From the human T2T-CHM13v2.0 reference genome, Homo sapiens, in NCBI RefSeq assembly GCF_009914755.1, contig NC_060935.1: a stretch of 64,000 nucleotides of DNA, one strand, 5' to 3'. Of this stretch, positions 34,036-47,352 are shown one piece after another; position 1 is the stretch's first letter; each line of letters starts with the position of its first letter. A model generated the notes under the pieces. It ran no database searches. It was not told where the DNA came from and worked only from the letters and a program-made list of their open reading frames with translations. The position numbers and the translations under genes were made by a program.

Positions 34036-35602
34036 GGCACAAGGTCACAAGGCTGGAAGGTGCCAGAGCTGGAGCTAGACCCCACCCCTTCTCTCCAACC
34101 CTATCCTAGCTGACTCCAGGTTCCATGCTTGGAACCATGGCACGCTGACGACATCGTGGCCTTTAAAGACAATTTTCTAATCACTTCTGTAGGCCTTGAA
34201 TGTTCCCCAGTGGCCATTTAACAAGCAATTATTGAGCATCGGCTGTGTGAACCTGGTAGACAACCCACTGTAAAATGAGACGGAATAAATGAAGTGCTAG
34301 TTGGGGTTCAGGCAGGTTCTTTGGATAGACAGGAAGGCCTGCATATTTGGGTGGGAAGGGGACAGTAGGGGAGAATCCAGCAGGACTTCCTGAAGGAGGT
34401 GCTATCTGATGCACACCGTGAAGAACTCATAGGATGTGAGAGGCAGAGGGACACTTTATTTCCACTGGATGTGGTTGCCAGCATGGCCCCTGGGGCTTAA
34501 CCTGAGTATGGTCGTCCCCTGGGGACCTGCCTTATTCTCCTTAGGGGAAGAAGACTTGAAGATCTGCAGTGTGCCAGACCCCTGCTAGGTCCGGGGGTAA
34601 GAGAGATCAAAGCCACCATCCCCCCCGCTCCGCCCCTCCAGAAAGCAGGACAGCCTTGCCCAGCAGTGGGGAAAGCTCTGCAGGAGCCCCGCCCCACCTC
34701 AGAGGATGCGGACTGGTCCTTGGCCCTCCTAAGCCTGAGTGTCCTCTGCAAAATGAGGACCCGCATTCCAACCTTGCAGGTGCGGGGTTAAATGAGATGA
34801 TACACACTCACGCCCTACATCAGGGACGCTGCACGCACCTGGGCACAGAACACTAAGCACTCCGTAAACTCGGGGGCACCGGTAACATCAGTGGGCTCCA
34901 GGGAGATGACTGCCCCGGGAGAGACTCCCCCAGGAGCGCGGGCAGCTGGAGGGGGCGGGTCGGCAGGAACCAGGCAAGCTCCCCGGAGGAGGTGAGTGCT
35001 GAGTGACAGCAGGAGTTTGCCAGGGTGGAGGGAAAGGGGCAGAGATCCAGACTCCAATCTCAGAAGCTTCACTCCCCCGGAGGCGGAGGTGACGCGCCAC
35101 AGAAGCGCCTGCCACTCGGGGACTTTATTTCAGGTGGGGCTATTGAAAGTTCCCCCCTTTCATACCCGGTATGAAAACCCTCAAAAATCCAAAGGGGCAC
35201 TTTCCCTGGATAAAAATAAAACTTGGAGGGGCCCGCAGGAATGGAATACTTTTTCTTCCTGTGTTTAAATTTCTACGGAAAATCTGACGGGCGCGGCCAC
35301 CGCCCCTGCCATAGGCGGGCGGAGAGCGCTTATATCTTTAAGGCAAAGGCGGGCCGGCTGGCGTCCAAGTTCCTGACCAGGCGCGGGCCGGCCCGCGGGA
35401 CCAGCAGCCGGGTGGCGGCGCGATCGGCCCCGAGAGGCTCAGGCGCCCCCCGCATCGAGCGCGCGGGCCGGGCGGGCCAGGGCGGCGGGCGGAGCGGGAG
35501 GCGGCCACGTCCCCGGCGGGCCTGGGCGCGGGGAGGCCCGGCCCCCTGCGAGCGCGCCGCGAACGCTGCGGTCTCCGCCCGCAGAGGCCGCCGGGGCCGT
35601 GG

Positions 35603-35653
35603 ATGGGGAGGGCGCGCCGCCCGGCGGTCCCAGCGCACAGGCGGCCACGATGA
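35603..35653 (+). other. Upstream ORF MGRARRPAVPAHRRPR*, stop overlapping the ANO1 start (ATGA)
   Basis: ATG 35603-35605 to TGA 35651-35653; only ATG between ~35345 and the main ATG. The ORF is certain, its translation is not. Confidence 0.6.
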
Positions 35654-35757
35654 GGGTCAACGAGAAGTACTCGACGCTCCCGGCCGAGGACCGCAGCGTC
35701 CACATCATCAACATCTGCGCCATCGAGGACATCGGCTACCTGCCGTCCGAGGGCACG
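35650..35757 (+). CDS. ANO1: Anoctamin-1 (TMEM16A) coding exon 1, MRVNEKYSTLPAEDRSVHIINICAIEDIGYLPSEGT
   Basis: Recognised N-terminus; Kozak gccacgATGa; donor ACG|GTGAGT, phase 0. Confidence 0.97.
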
Positions 35758-38700
35758 GTGAGTGCGGGCGGCCGCGACCCGGGCGGGAGGGCCGCGCACC
35801 TGCGCCTTGGCGAGGGCGGGAACCGGGCGGCGGCAGGGCCTCCTGGGACCCCAGGGCGGGGGCCGCACCCTCCGCGCAGGGTTCGCGGCGCCCACCCGCG
35901 CACGTGCGTGCCGGGAAGGGCGCGCCGGCCCTGGCCAAGTGCGTGCGCCCCGCCTGCGCTCTGAGCGTTCCGAGCGCGGCGCCCACTCCGCCCAGCGCAG
36001 CGCCGGGCCCCCAGGCATGGCCCGGCCTCGGAGCTCTGCGGCCCCGAAGCCGCCTCACCCGGGGCTGCAGCTCGGAGCCCAACCAAGAGCTCACGGCTGG
36101 CGCCCTGGATGGGACCTTCCCTTCCTGGCTCGCGGCCAGGGGTACCTGTTGGGGCAGCCAGGGTGAGGGTGATGGTGGGGGTCTTGGGTGAAGGCCAAGT
36201 TGGTCGCCACTCCACGATGATGGTAACTGCCAGGCCCCACTGCTTCACTATCCTCTGGGGCCAGAGTCCCGAGTCCTCACTTGCCAGAAACGCATATTGT
36301 GCCCAGGGCACTGGGCCTGGTACCCTGGCATTGGCACCGAAACTCTCAAAGCCCAGGGTGTCAATCATTGGAGATTGCTTTCTACCCTCGCCCCTGTCTC
36401 CCCTGGGCGCCCAGGCCTGGTTCAGGTGGGGGCACTGGTTGGAAGCCAGTCATGTAAGTTGGGGACCCCATCCTGAGGTCCCCAATATCCCCACCACCCT
36501 CCCCAGGGCCAGACCCAGAGGTCTAGGTAACCCTATGTTTTAGAGAGGGGGGCAGAATTCTCCCAGGAAGGGTTTGGCTTGAAGGACAAAGTTTGCCGGA
36601 AGAGGATAGGACAGGGCTGGGACTGGCTATCTCCTCTTGGGGTGAGGGAAGCTCTCAGCAGCAATTTGTGGGACCTAAGGACAGAAGCTCCCTTCTACCT
36701 TCTTCCCATGCAGACCCCATCAAAGCCCCTCCCCAGGCGTCAGGCCCAGCAGGGCTGCTTCAAGCAGGATGAGGATGGCCCTGGCCTGTCCCTCTAGTCT
36801 CTGGAGCTCACAGAGAGGCAGGGAATGAAGCGGGAGCAAAGCTCCTGCTTTGAGTCTCTGTTCCAGCGACAGCAGGGACTCTGGCCTTGGTCAGGCCTTG
36901 CACCCCTTGGGTCACAGTGGAGGGGGGTGGCCTGGGGGCATCTCTTCAGGAAATGAGATTGCACAGAGCTGCCAGGAGCACTGGGAACAGGTGTAGATGG
37001 AGAGGGAGTCTACCTGTGACTCACAGGACTGGCCGGAGGAGCTCAGGGATTGCCATTTGATCAAAGCCATGTGCCAGGCCATGCTGGCCCCTGGGCACCC
37101 TCAAAGAATGAGACAGGGAAGGCTCCGCCCATCTGGAGCTTACTTAAGAAATGGTGATGGAACGTTACCCGTTATCCACGGCAGTGACAGGGACTATTCC
37201 ATAGTGCTGGGCCAGTGCTGTGTCTTAGCTCATTGAACTCTCACAACGTGTGAGGTAGGTGCTATTGCTACAGGCAAGGAGACTGAGGCCCAGAGGGGCA
37301 GGTGACCAGCTCCAAGTCACCCATCAGCTGGGAGGACAGTTAGGAAGGGCCCAGGACACAGACCAGGTAGCTGCAGAAAGCCTGCCTGAAGAATAAACAT
37401 TCTGGAGAAGGAGCTAATTCTACCCATAATGGGTAGGGACTGAGTCTTTCAAAAACATTGCATACTCAAAGTCCCAAAGGTGGGACCATGGAGGTACCAG
37501 CCAGGAGCCAGGGGATGGTAGTGGTGGCCAAGGTGATGGAGAAATGGATGCTCTGGGGGTAGACTAGACAAGACCTGATGGTGAACTGAATGTTCAATAA
37601 GAAATGGAGCCTGTCATGAATAGCCCCCGGTCTCTAGAGTTTTTGTTCCAGGACCCATTGCTTATCCAGACCCAGAAACTATCTGCCTCCTGCAAACCCA
37701 GGTGAAGGCCATAAAGTCTGCAAAGAGGCAGCTGGGCCCAGATGAGACCATCAGCTCCTGGGTTCCACACAACACTTCCGTTACACAAACTTTGTTTTGT
37801 GAGCTTGGAAGGCTGAATCAGAGGCGCGCGCTGTGGGAGGCAGACCCTGGGAGCAGCATCTGCCGGTAGATGGCCAGACAGGCTGGAGGCTGCAGCCATG
37901 GAGCAGGGGCCTGTTGGTGCAGGGCAGGCAGCATGGCAGGGAGAGCCTCCCAGGGCATCCCCGGCACCACTCAAGCCAACAGTTGTTGCTCAGTCATTAC
38001 CCTGAGTCACCCAACGAAGGCGGCTCTGTACACACGAGGGCCAGAGGGCGTGGGCTGCATTTCAAAAGTTCCTATCCTGTTCTCAGGTGTGAAACTCATA
38101 CATGCACAAGTCAACCACAAGATAAGTTCATCCAATTCAGGCTGCGGTTCCCAGCCTGTGACTTTTGCCTCTCTTCATTCCCAAGTTCAAGGGTGGAAAT
38201 GACTTCATTGTTTCTGTGCAGAGATATAAGAAGAAATGACTTGAAAGCCAGAGGCCAGGTTGAATGCAATTTGTTTCCATTTCCCTCTGTTAATCTTTGA
38301 GTGTTTCTACTTTCTTCCTTGAAACTGGTGGTTGTCCATGGTCTGGGATCTGTGTGCCCCAAACAAGCCCAGACACTCCAGAGATACCTGATTTGCTGGT
38401 ATCTGCCCAGTATTTCCTGGCTTATCTGCTGTGGGAGATGATCTGCTTGTAGATTATGGAACGTGCCCCATAATCGTACATTGATATGTAGTGACCTGGT
38501 TTTAAAATTTTTTTAGAAGACAAAGGAAGTTTAAAACTGATGTTCCCTTCTTAACTATAATTTGAAGAGTCTCAAAACCAAAAGAAATTTTACAGGCCAC
38601 TGATTTCATTTAGCCCATTTTCAGAGAAAGTGAACATTGTAGATTCCCTTGAGTGATCAAGATATTTCATATGGATATGAATTCAGTTCCTGGAGTACCA

Positions 38701-39319
38701 ACTCCAGAGACCAGCGGAAGAAACCAGAGCCCAGAGTCCCAGGACAGTATTAAAGGTTAAAGGACATAGGATTGCTTTCCCCCTTCTGCCCTTTTGTTGG
38801 AGTTTGAGGAAGGGGTTCATAGAGGCAGGTGTGGACCAGATATAGGCTGCCATTCATGGCGCCTGGGACAGGTCTTCCAGGACACTCCTGCTGTGAAGGG
38901 AACCTTTGTCCTTCACATTTTCCCATGTGGCCTCAGGGAAGTATTTCTCTTCCACCATATTCCTATCTTCCTTAGGGAGGCACCTTCCAGGAGTACCTCC
39001 CTCAGTTATGCAGAAGGAAGTCTTCAAAATACCTTCAGATCATCGATCACATTTTATCCCCACAAGAATCCTGTGACCTAAGTCCAGATGTCTTTGTCGG
39101 CATCTCACAGATGAGAAAACTGAGGCTCCCAGTTGGGGGTTGTGGTGTTTAAGTTGCTGGCCTGCCTGGGTCTCAGCTTCTGTATCCTTGGATCTGATGG
39201 CCACAGCCAGCCACAGTATACAAGACCCAGCCTCTGTTGTTCATTCACACATGCCTGCATTCATTCATTCATTCAGCAACCACATATTCAGTGCTAACCA
39301 TCAAAAAGATGAATAAGAG

Positions 39320-39628
<309 letters not shown>

Positions 39629-42561
39629 TTACCCTCAGCAAAGGTGCACCGAGGGGTTGCTTGCCCCTTTCTTAAGAATACAGAAACAGAAATGTTCTGA
39701 AGCTTTCCCAGGCCTTCGAATTTGGAAGTTATGCACAAAGTCTCACCCACATCCCTCCCACTGCAATTACATCTTTGCCTTTTTGTCCCGTTCTACACAA
39801 GAAAGGCACCCACTCCACTGCTCCGTGGAAGGGCACCATAAAGTCACACGCACTGGTCCTTGCTATGCATTCACCTCCCGACTCTCTCCAAGCCCAGCTC
39901 AGGATTGCTCTCCAGACCCTAGGAGCCTCCCAGCCTTTTAGAGTGTAGACGGGAGAGAGCCCACACCTTAAAAACTAATACCTAAACAGACAAAGCAGCT
40001 TATCCAGGGTCACACAGCAAATCAGTGACAGAGTCAGGCGCTGGGACTCCCACACCTGTGCTTGGTGCTGCCTCCTGCTGGTCCCAGCATCACATCCAGC
40101 TCCTTTTGTAACTTTTTAAAGTCTGGATTTGGCACTGCTACCATCTTTCACTTGTGGTCCACTCTGGCCACAAGATTTTTTTTCCCCTGTCCTCCCCTAG
40201 TTCTTTATGTGCGTGTGTCTCAGTTCCCAATTAGAGCAAACTTCTGTTGAAGGTTCACTCTATGCTAGGCCCTGTTGGAAACTCTTTACAAGATATATTA
40301 ACAGGTTTCATCCTTCCAGCAACCCCATGAGGGAGGTCATATAACATGAGGTAGGTCTTAGGGATATGGAGAGACAAAAACACGAAGCTGTGTGCCTGGG
40401 GTCACACAGCTGGTGAGTGGCAGAGCTGGTGTTTGAACACAGGTAGGAGGATGCCCACTCTTGATCAGGCCCCAGTGCTGTCTCTCCCTCCACCATGCAT
40501 GGGAAGTTAGATGATGTTTCTGCTCTCCCAAAGACTGTAGGCCCCTGAGGGTAGGTGTGTCCCTTGATAGGCCCCCAGTGGACAGATGATGGGGGTTCGT
40601 ATTGAACCTGGTAGCCTTCCCTGTTTCAACTTGATAGAGGATTTTTGGCCACTCCTTAGTGTAATTTCCCTGCTTTCTGGCTTGGAGGGATCCCTGTGGA
40701 ATTTCCTCCCTGTCTCTAAGGATTTGTTTGCTATTATCATTATCCCTGCCAACCAGGAGTGTTTATGGAGCCCCAACCAGGTTCTCAGTCCCTGTGTACT
40801 GAGGTCAGGTTGGAGCTCTGTCCTAACACATCTCTAGACAGTCCCTGGCCAGGCCTCCGGGGTCCTGCCATCCAGCTTTGGGGCTAATTTGCAAGTTAAG
40901 AACTTGTGGGTAGATGGCTCAGAGGCAGTCCCAGCACAGAGAGACCTGCAGAGGCCAGAGGGGCTGGCCACCTTCAGATCCCAGAGGATGCTGGATTTGC
41001 CCTGTGCCCTGAAAACCAGGTTGAATTACAAAGGGCTGAGAAGGACAGAAAGGGCGTACAGGGAGGGACACAGTGTCTGCAAAGGCAAGGAGGAGGGACT
41101 GGGGAAGGCCTGGGGGAGGGGGAGAGGAGACTGGGGAAGGCAGTATGGGGAGGAGATGAGGAGGAATAGCCGAAGCCCTCAGGCGCACCTGGGACTCAGG
41201 CAGGTGTGCCCTCCGACCCCTCGAGACCCTGCATTCACCTGCTGGGCACTGGCACGTTCCCTGCACATGGGCTTCTGTCTTCCAAGAGCAGCTTCCGGTC
41301 GGGCTCTTTTGCCCCCTCAGCCATGGGGAGAGAAAAGCACCTTTAGTCACCAGCTGCCTGTAACCCTGCCCTTGTTTGACCTCCCTGAGATGTTGAGGGG
41401 AAAGCGTATCTGCCATTGGGTGGCCATCAGGGTGACGGGGATGGCTCCCAGGTGCCTGGCCCCAGAATTAGATGGAGCGTCCATCCTGGCACGTTCTGGT
41501 CAGTGTGTGCTGAGCTTAGCAGAGACCATCATCCCCTCAGTGAAGCCTCCCGCTGCTCCGCATTTAGCAGAAACCAACCCTGGGGCTCAGAGTGTCCAGA
41601 GCCTCCCCCAGGCCTTGCAGCTGGAGAGGGGCCAAGCCTAGATGTAGACCCAGGTCTGGCTGACTACACGGCCTGCCATGAAGCCAGTGCCCTGTCCTGG
41701 GCTGGCCTCACCTGCTGCCCCACACTGTCCAGACATACCTGTGGCCTGGTGTTGCCCAAACCTCCCGACTAGCCTGTGCTTATCTGCTGTCTCTACTGGC
41801 CCTGCTTAACCACTGCCCCAGGCTGGGACAGAACTGAGGCCTGCTAAATTGCTGCACTCTCCCCATGCCCCTCAGCACCAGAGACAGAGCCCTGCACTGG
41901 GGTCAGCCAGCAGGAGTCTGGTACTCAGGGCCACTGAGCTGGGCAGCTCACCCGTGGGAGCCTCAGTTTCCTCCAGGTCAAATGGACCTAACTATAGTAA
42001 CCCCCTCATAGGGTCAGCTTGTGGGGACTCAGCGAGATGACATACCTGGGCCGAGAAACAGCGTCACCCTTAGTCGCGGCTCCTACTAAGGGGGGCCGCA
42101 CCTTGGGCGTGCAGATGGGACTTGAGGCTGAGCTCAGCCTCCCGCCTGCGCTGTAACCCGGGCTCTCCTGCCCTGCTGGGCCTCAGTTTCCTCCTTGGCG
42201 AATTGAGAAGAATAGCTCTTTCGTGCTTCTCCTGCAGAAGGAATGCAGGCCCCCCGTGCTGGCTACAGACTTGCGATACTGGGGTCTTCCGTGAACCCCG
42301 TCCTTCATGGGGCTGGGCATGGGAACCCACTGCCCTCAAAAGCCAGCCCTCCCCCACCCTTCCCCCTGAGCCCTCCCAAGCCACCCACCCACATGGGCGT
42401 GGTCGTGGCCCCTAAGCACCCTCAGACTTTGTCACAGAGGGCAAGGTGGGCGGGGCACGCACACTGAGTCCAGGTCCTCCTGAAGGTCACCAGCACAGCG
42501 GGGCCCTGTGTTACTGTAGAGAGAAGTCAGTTGCTTAGTTTCAGCCTCCTGCCGGCACCAG

Positions 42562-42585
42562 ATGCTGACCAGGCCCTCCCAGGTG
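42562..42585 (+). CDS. ANO1: Candidate alternative first coding exon of ANO1 (MLTRPSQV)
   Basis: ATG plus 7 codons, then donor GTG|GTGAGC, phase 0, compatible with exon 2; GC box ggtgggcgggg ~42445; agrees with my unverified recollection of an alternative-N-terminus isoform. Confidence 0.55.
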
Positions 42586-44143
42586 GTGAGCAATGCTGTT
42601 TCCAGGAGAGGCATCCTAGGGCCAGAGAGGCCAAGGTGCCAGGGACATGGCCCCAACTGTCCCCTAACCAGGGGTAGAGGAGTCTAGACCCTTGACATCA
42701 ACACCTATGAAAGGTGGGGCAGCCCCCAACCAGCAGCCCTGGCCCAGAGCCTCCTCTCTCCTTCCCCTACAACTAAAAAGGACAGCCTCCACTCGAGGCC
42801 TTCCCTCCCCCTGTCCCCCACTGCAGTGCTGACTGTTTGGGGAGGGGCTCCACCCTCCGGCTTCCCTGATACACTTTGGGTTGTATACAGCCCACCTGCC
42901 TCGAATGAGGGATTCTGCCTGCCCCTTTTCCCGACCAGTGCACAGCCATTTAGAGCCATGGTGCAGCCGGAAGCTGCCCAGGGGCTCCAGGCGACCACGT
43001 CGGGGGACCCTCCAGGCCAGCGAGGCCCAAGCACAGCTCTGTCCAAAGGCCACAGGTGCTCGGGCCCTGCCTGGCGCAGCACGCCGTCCCTGCACTCCAT
43101 CAGGGAGGCCCTCTTCTCGGATGATGCCCCTCGGGAACTGATAGTGCCCTAGGGAGCGTCCTCACGTAGCCACAGGAAACTGAGGTGGAAACCAGGCGGC
43201 CAGCTCGAGGGATGAGGCACAGCTCTGTGGACCATTAGCAGCTTGGAGTTGCCTGTTAGGTTCTACCCAGCATGGCTTTATTTATTTTTTCTTATTTCGG
43301 AAACCCAGATTGCTGATCGACCTGTCTGTCTTGATAACCGGCCAAACCCCTCGGGAATTCCAGCAATGCAGGCTTGGCTTTAGCAACGGTCCCATCACAC
43401 TGCCACTGTGGGAATATCTGGTTTTTAAACAAACTGCTCCATACTGCTATCTCCCGTGGCCCCCTAGAGTCCTTCAAACAAATAAGGAAACTGAGGCAGG
43501 GCAGGCCCTGTTGGAGCCCTAACCCCGCCCCCTTGGTCACCCCAGGGCACCCACCAGCGGTGCCCATCCATACCAGTGGCTCACTGTCCTCTGCACCCAA
43601 AGGTGACTGACCGTGCAGGTGCTGCCGCAGGCCACGTGTGGGGAAGGTGCAAGCGCAGGGTCATTAACACCCCAGGAGTGACCCCCAGCCAAGAAAGGGC
43701 CAGAGCGGGTGCATGATCACCCAACTTCCTCACCCTCTGGGTACTGGCAGTGGGATGTGCCCTTCAAGGTCACTCCGAGGGTCCCCAGCAGGACGGACCC
43801 CAGCTGCACATAGCGGTGGCCGCTCCTTAACCCACCCCTGTCAGCCTCCCTCCCCTTCACCCTACTCTGGCACCTGAGATCACCTCCCAAGTAAAACGCT
43901 TGCACCCCTGGCCTCTGCTCAGGCTCTGTTTGGGGGAGAGCCCTGACTAAGACAGTGAAAGCCTCACCTCTGGACACACAGCTAGTTAGTGGCCCTGTGG
44001 CCACCTTGACATGGCACTGCCTCTGACACTGGCCATCAGAGATTGAGATTTGCACGCACAGAACCTGAGCTCAGCTCTGCCTCAGCCCCTATCCATGTGC
44101 ATGGGGAGCCCTCATTCACTTGGTAGCTTTTGCCATAGCTTTT

Positions 44144-44451
44144 GTTGCTGGGGGATATTTTGTTTGTTCATTTAATTTTTAATTTGGGTGGGTACATAGT
44201 GGGTGTATATATTTATGGGGTACATGAGATATTTTGGTACAGGTAATGCAATACGTAATAGTCACCTCATGGAAAACTGGGTATTTTCCCCTCAAGCATT
44301 TATCCTGTGTGTTACAAACAACCCAGTTATGCTCCTTTAGTTATTTGTCCATGTACAATTAAATTATTATTGATGATAGTCCCCTGTTGTACTGTCAAAT
44401 ACTAGGTCTTATTCTTTCTCATTATTTTTTGTACCCATTAACCATCCCCTA
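44144..44451 (-). mobile_element. 5'-truncated L1MA 3'-end insertion
   Basis: tttatggggtacatgagatattttggtacagg...; flanked by ccatagctttt at 44133-44143 and 44452-44462. Confidence 0.8.
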
Positions 44452-44794
44452 CCATAGCTTTTTGCAAGCAGCCAGGGAGGTTCCTGACATCCAGCCTGCT
44501 CTAGTTCCATAGACCAGGAGGGCTTCTGGGGGACCATATGTGGCTTGGCAACTTCATGAATGATTAGCAGTGAATACCTCCTTCTCGAAGTTCAGCTCCC
44601 TGAAGGCAGGGTCTTCTGCTGTGTTCCCAGGTGTATCTCAGGCCCTAGGACAGTGCCTGGCCCGTGGAGGGCGCTCAGGGAGTGTTTGTTGAACGAGTGA
44701 GTGAGGAGTGAGTGGATGAAGGGAGCAGCGCACCCTCCAAAGGCCCATCACGAGCAGCTCGATGGTGAATGGGTGTCTTTTCTTCCACCCTTAG

Positions 44795-45127
44795 CTGCTG
44801 AACTCCTTATCTGTGGACCCTGATGCCGAGTGCAAGTATGGCCTGTACTTCAGGGACGGCCGGCGCAAGGTGGACTACATCCTGGTGTACCATCACAAGA
44901 GGCCCTCGGGCAACCGGACCCTGGTCAGGAGGGTGCAGCACAGCGACACCCCCTCTGGGGCTCGCAGCGTCAAGCAGGACCACCCCCTGCCGGGCAAGGG
45001 GGCGTCGCTGGATGCAGGCTCGGGGGAGCCCCCGATGGACTACCACGAGGATGACAAGCGCTTCCGCAGGGAGGAGTACGAGGGCAACCTCCTGGAGGCG
45101 GGCCTGGAGCTGGAGCGGGACGAGGAC
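44795..45127 (+). CDS. ANO1: ANO1 coding exon 2 (333 nt; LLNSLSVDPD...LELERDED), includes Met117
   Basis: Acceptor ccacccttag|; FRDGRRKVDYILVY anoctamin N-terminal motif; donor GAC|GTAACT; phase 0-0. Confidence 0.97.
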
Positions 45128-45272
45128 GTAACTATCTCACTGCGCGCTGTTTGTGGGGGGTGGGGGGTGGGCTGCGTGGGGGGCAGTAGGGGGGCAGCTG
45201 CTTCCATAGTCAGAGGGTGCGAGGCTGGTATCTTGTTTTAGCTTTAAGCTGTTCTTAAAGAAGGGGCAGACG

Positions 45273-45841
<569 letters not shown>

Positions 45842-47037
45842 TCAGTTTCTCGTCTGTAGAGTGAGATGTGGGTCCAGCTGAGCCCTGGGAGTCGTTGGTG
45901 CTCTGAAGTCCGTGGCTCTGTAACACTGTGCTCTGAAGCCCTGCTCCCTAGCAAAGCCTACGAATCTTCCTAGAAGAAAGATTTCAAAAGAGAACAAAAG
46001 GTCGACCCCCCTCGAGTGCCTGGCTGCTGCGGGGCCGAGGGTGTAGCTGTGTGCAGAGAGAATGACTTTAGCAGCCCTAGCACAGCGGTGCTTCCTTCAG
46101 CGGCTCTGCTGGCTGCTGTGTGCTCTCTGGCTGTCATCTTAACCTCTCTGTGCACGGGAACCCTTCCTTCCATGAATATTGGGTGAAGGGCCCCAGCCTA
46201 CAGAGCCATCACTGTGCGGATTACCCAAGAATCGACAAAGTCTCTAAAACACATCGAAAACAGAAAAAGTTGTCGGCAGGTTAACTTAGAAACCATGGAG
46301 TCCCCAGTGGATGTTGAAAATGAACGTTGGCTTTGGTTTGAAATTTCATCCACAGGCACCACCATGTCCTTAAATGCTTTTGGTCCGGTGATAAGAATGT
46401 CCTCGGAGTATTTAGACCAAAAAGCAGGTTAATTAGGGAACCTGGAGTGGAAACGCCTCTGTTTTGTGACAAGTAGATATGACTTTCCTTGAAAACAGTG
46501 GAACGTGCTCCATGGGGCCTCCCTGGACCTTGGCCTAGTGAGTCAAAGGGTCTTGTTGAACCTGGGGCATCTGTCTGGGTCTCCTTTCACCTTCCTGAGG
46601 TCTGGCCACCCGGCAGGAGATTGTGAGTTCGGCCACCCAGATGGGTCCCTCTGGAGTTTTGAGGGCAGGTGAGGAGCCTTACAAGTTTTGATGATCAGGA
46701 AGCAAAGTTTGATCCTGACAAGGATTCAGAGACTTTCTCCCTGCCTTTGGGGGCAGCTGCCAGGGAACAGTGTCCTGCCCGACTTTGTCTTAGACACTTG
46801 GAACAGGCGAGCAGTGGATTCCTGATGGGTTTTCGCACGGTCCTGCCCTCCAGCCCTGTGGCTTTCAGAACAATGCGGCTACTATACAGGGTTTGTTTCA
46901 GCATGTCAACTTAGAACTGGAGGAAGGAATCGGCTCCATCAGGGAAGCTTGGCGGCCAAGGCCACTCTCTGGGAGCTGAGGCCGAGAGAGCTGGATTTTG
47001 AGCTTCATGGTCCTTGTGTCTCATCTGTTCCCCAGGG

Positions 47038-47352
47038 TTTTTTTGTTTGTTTGTTTGTTTGTTTGTTTGTTTGTTTGTTTGTTTTGAGGCGGAATCTCAC
47101 TCTGTTGCCCAGGCTGGAGTGCAGTGGCACAATCTCGGCTCACTGCAAGCTCCGCCTCCCGAGTTCACGCCTTCTCCTGCCTCAGCGGGACTACAGGCGC
47201 CCGCCATCACGCCCAGCTAATTTTTTGTATTTTTAGTAGAGACAGGGTTTCACTGTGTTAGCCAGGATGGTCTCGATCTCCTGATCTCGTGGTCCGCCCG
47301 CCTTGGCCTCCCAAAGTGCTGGGATTACAGGCGTGAGCCACCGCGCCTGGCC
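47038..47352 (-). mobile_element. AluY with small internal deletion
   Basis: caagctccgcctccc, gtgttagccaggatggtctcgatc; (TTTG)n on +. Confidence 0.93.

Larger units (their letters stand above)
35280..36130 (+). promoter_or_regulatory. ANO1: CpG island / ANO1 exon-1 promoter
   Basis: Very high GC and CpG density; GC box gggcgg 35317-35322; TATA-like TATAT 35331-35335; spans the leader and exon 1. Confidence 0.9.

Noticed and set aside
35223-36191. 322-aa ORF and overlapping antisense ORFs across the CpG island
   Set aside because: Out of frame with ANO1, starts at TTG, Arg/Gly/Ala/Pro-rich; expected from stop-codon scarcity in GC-rich DNA.
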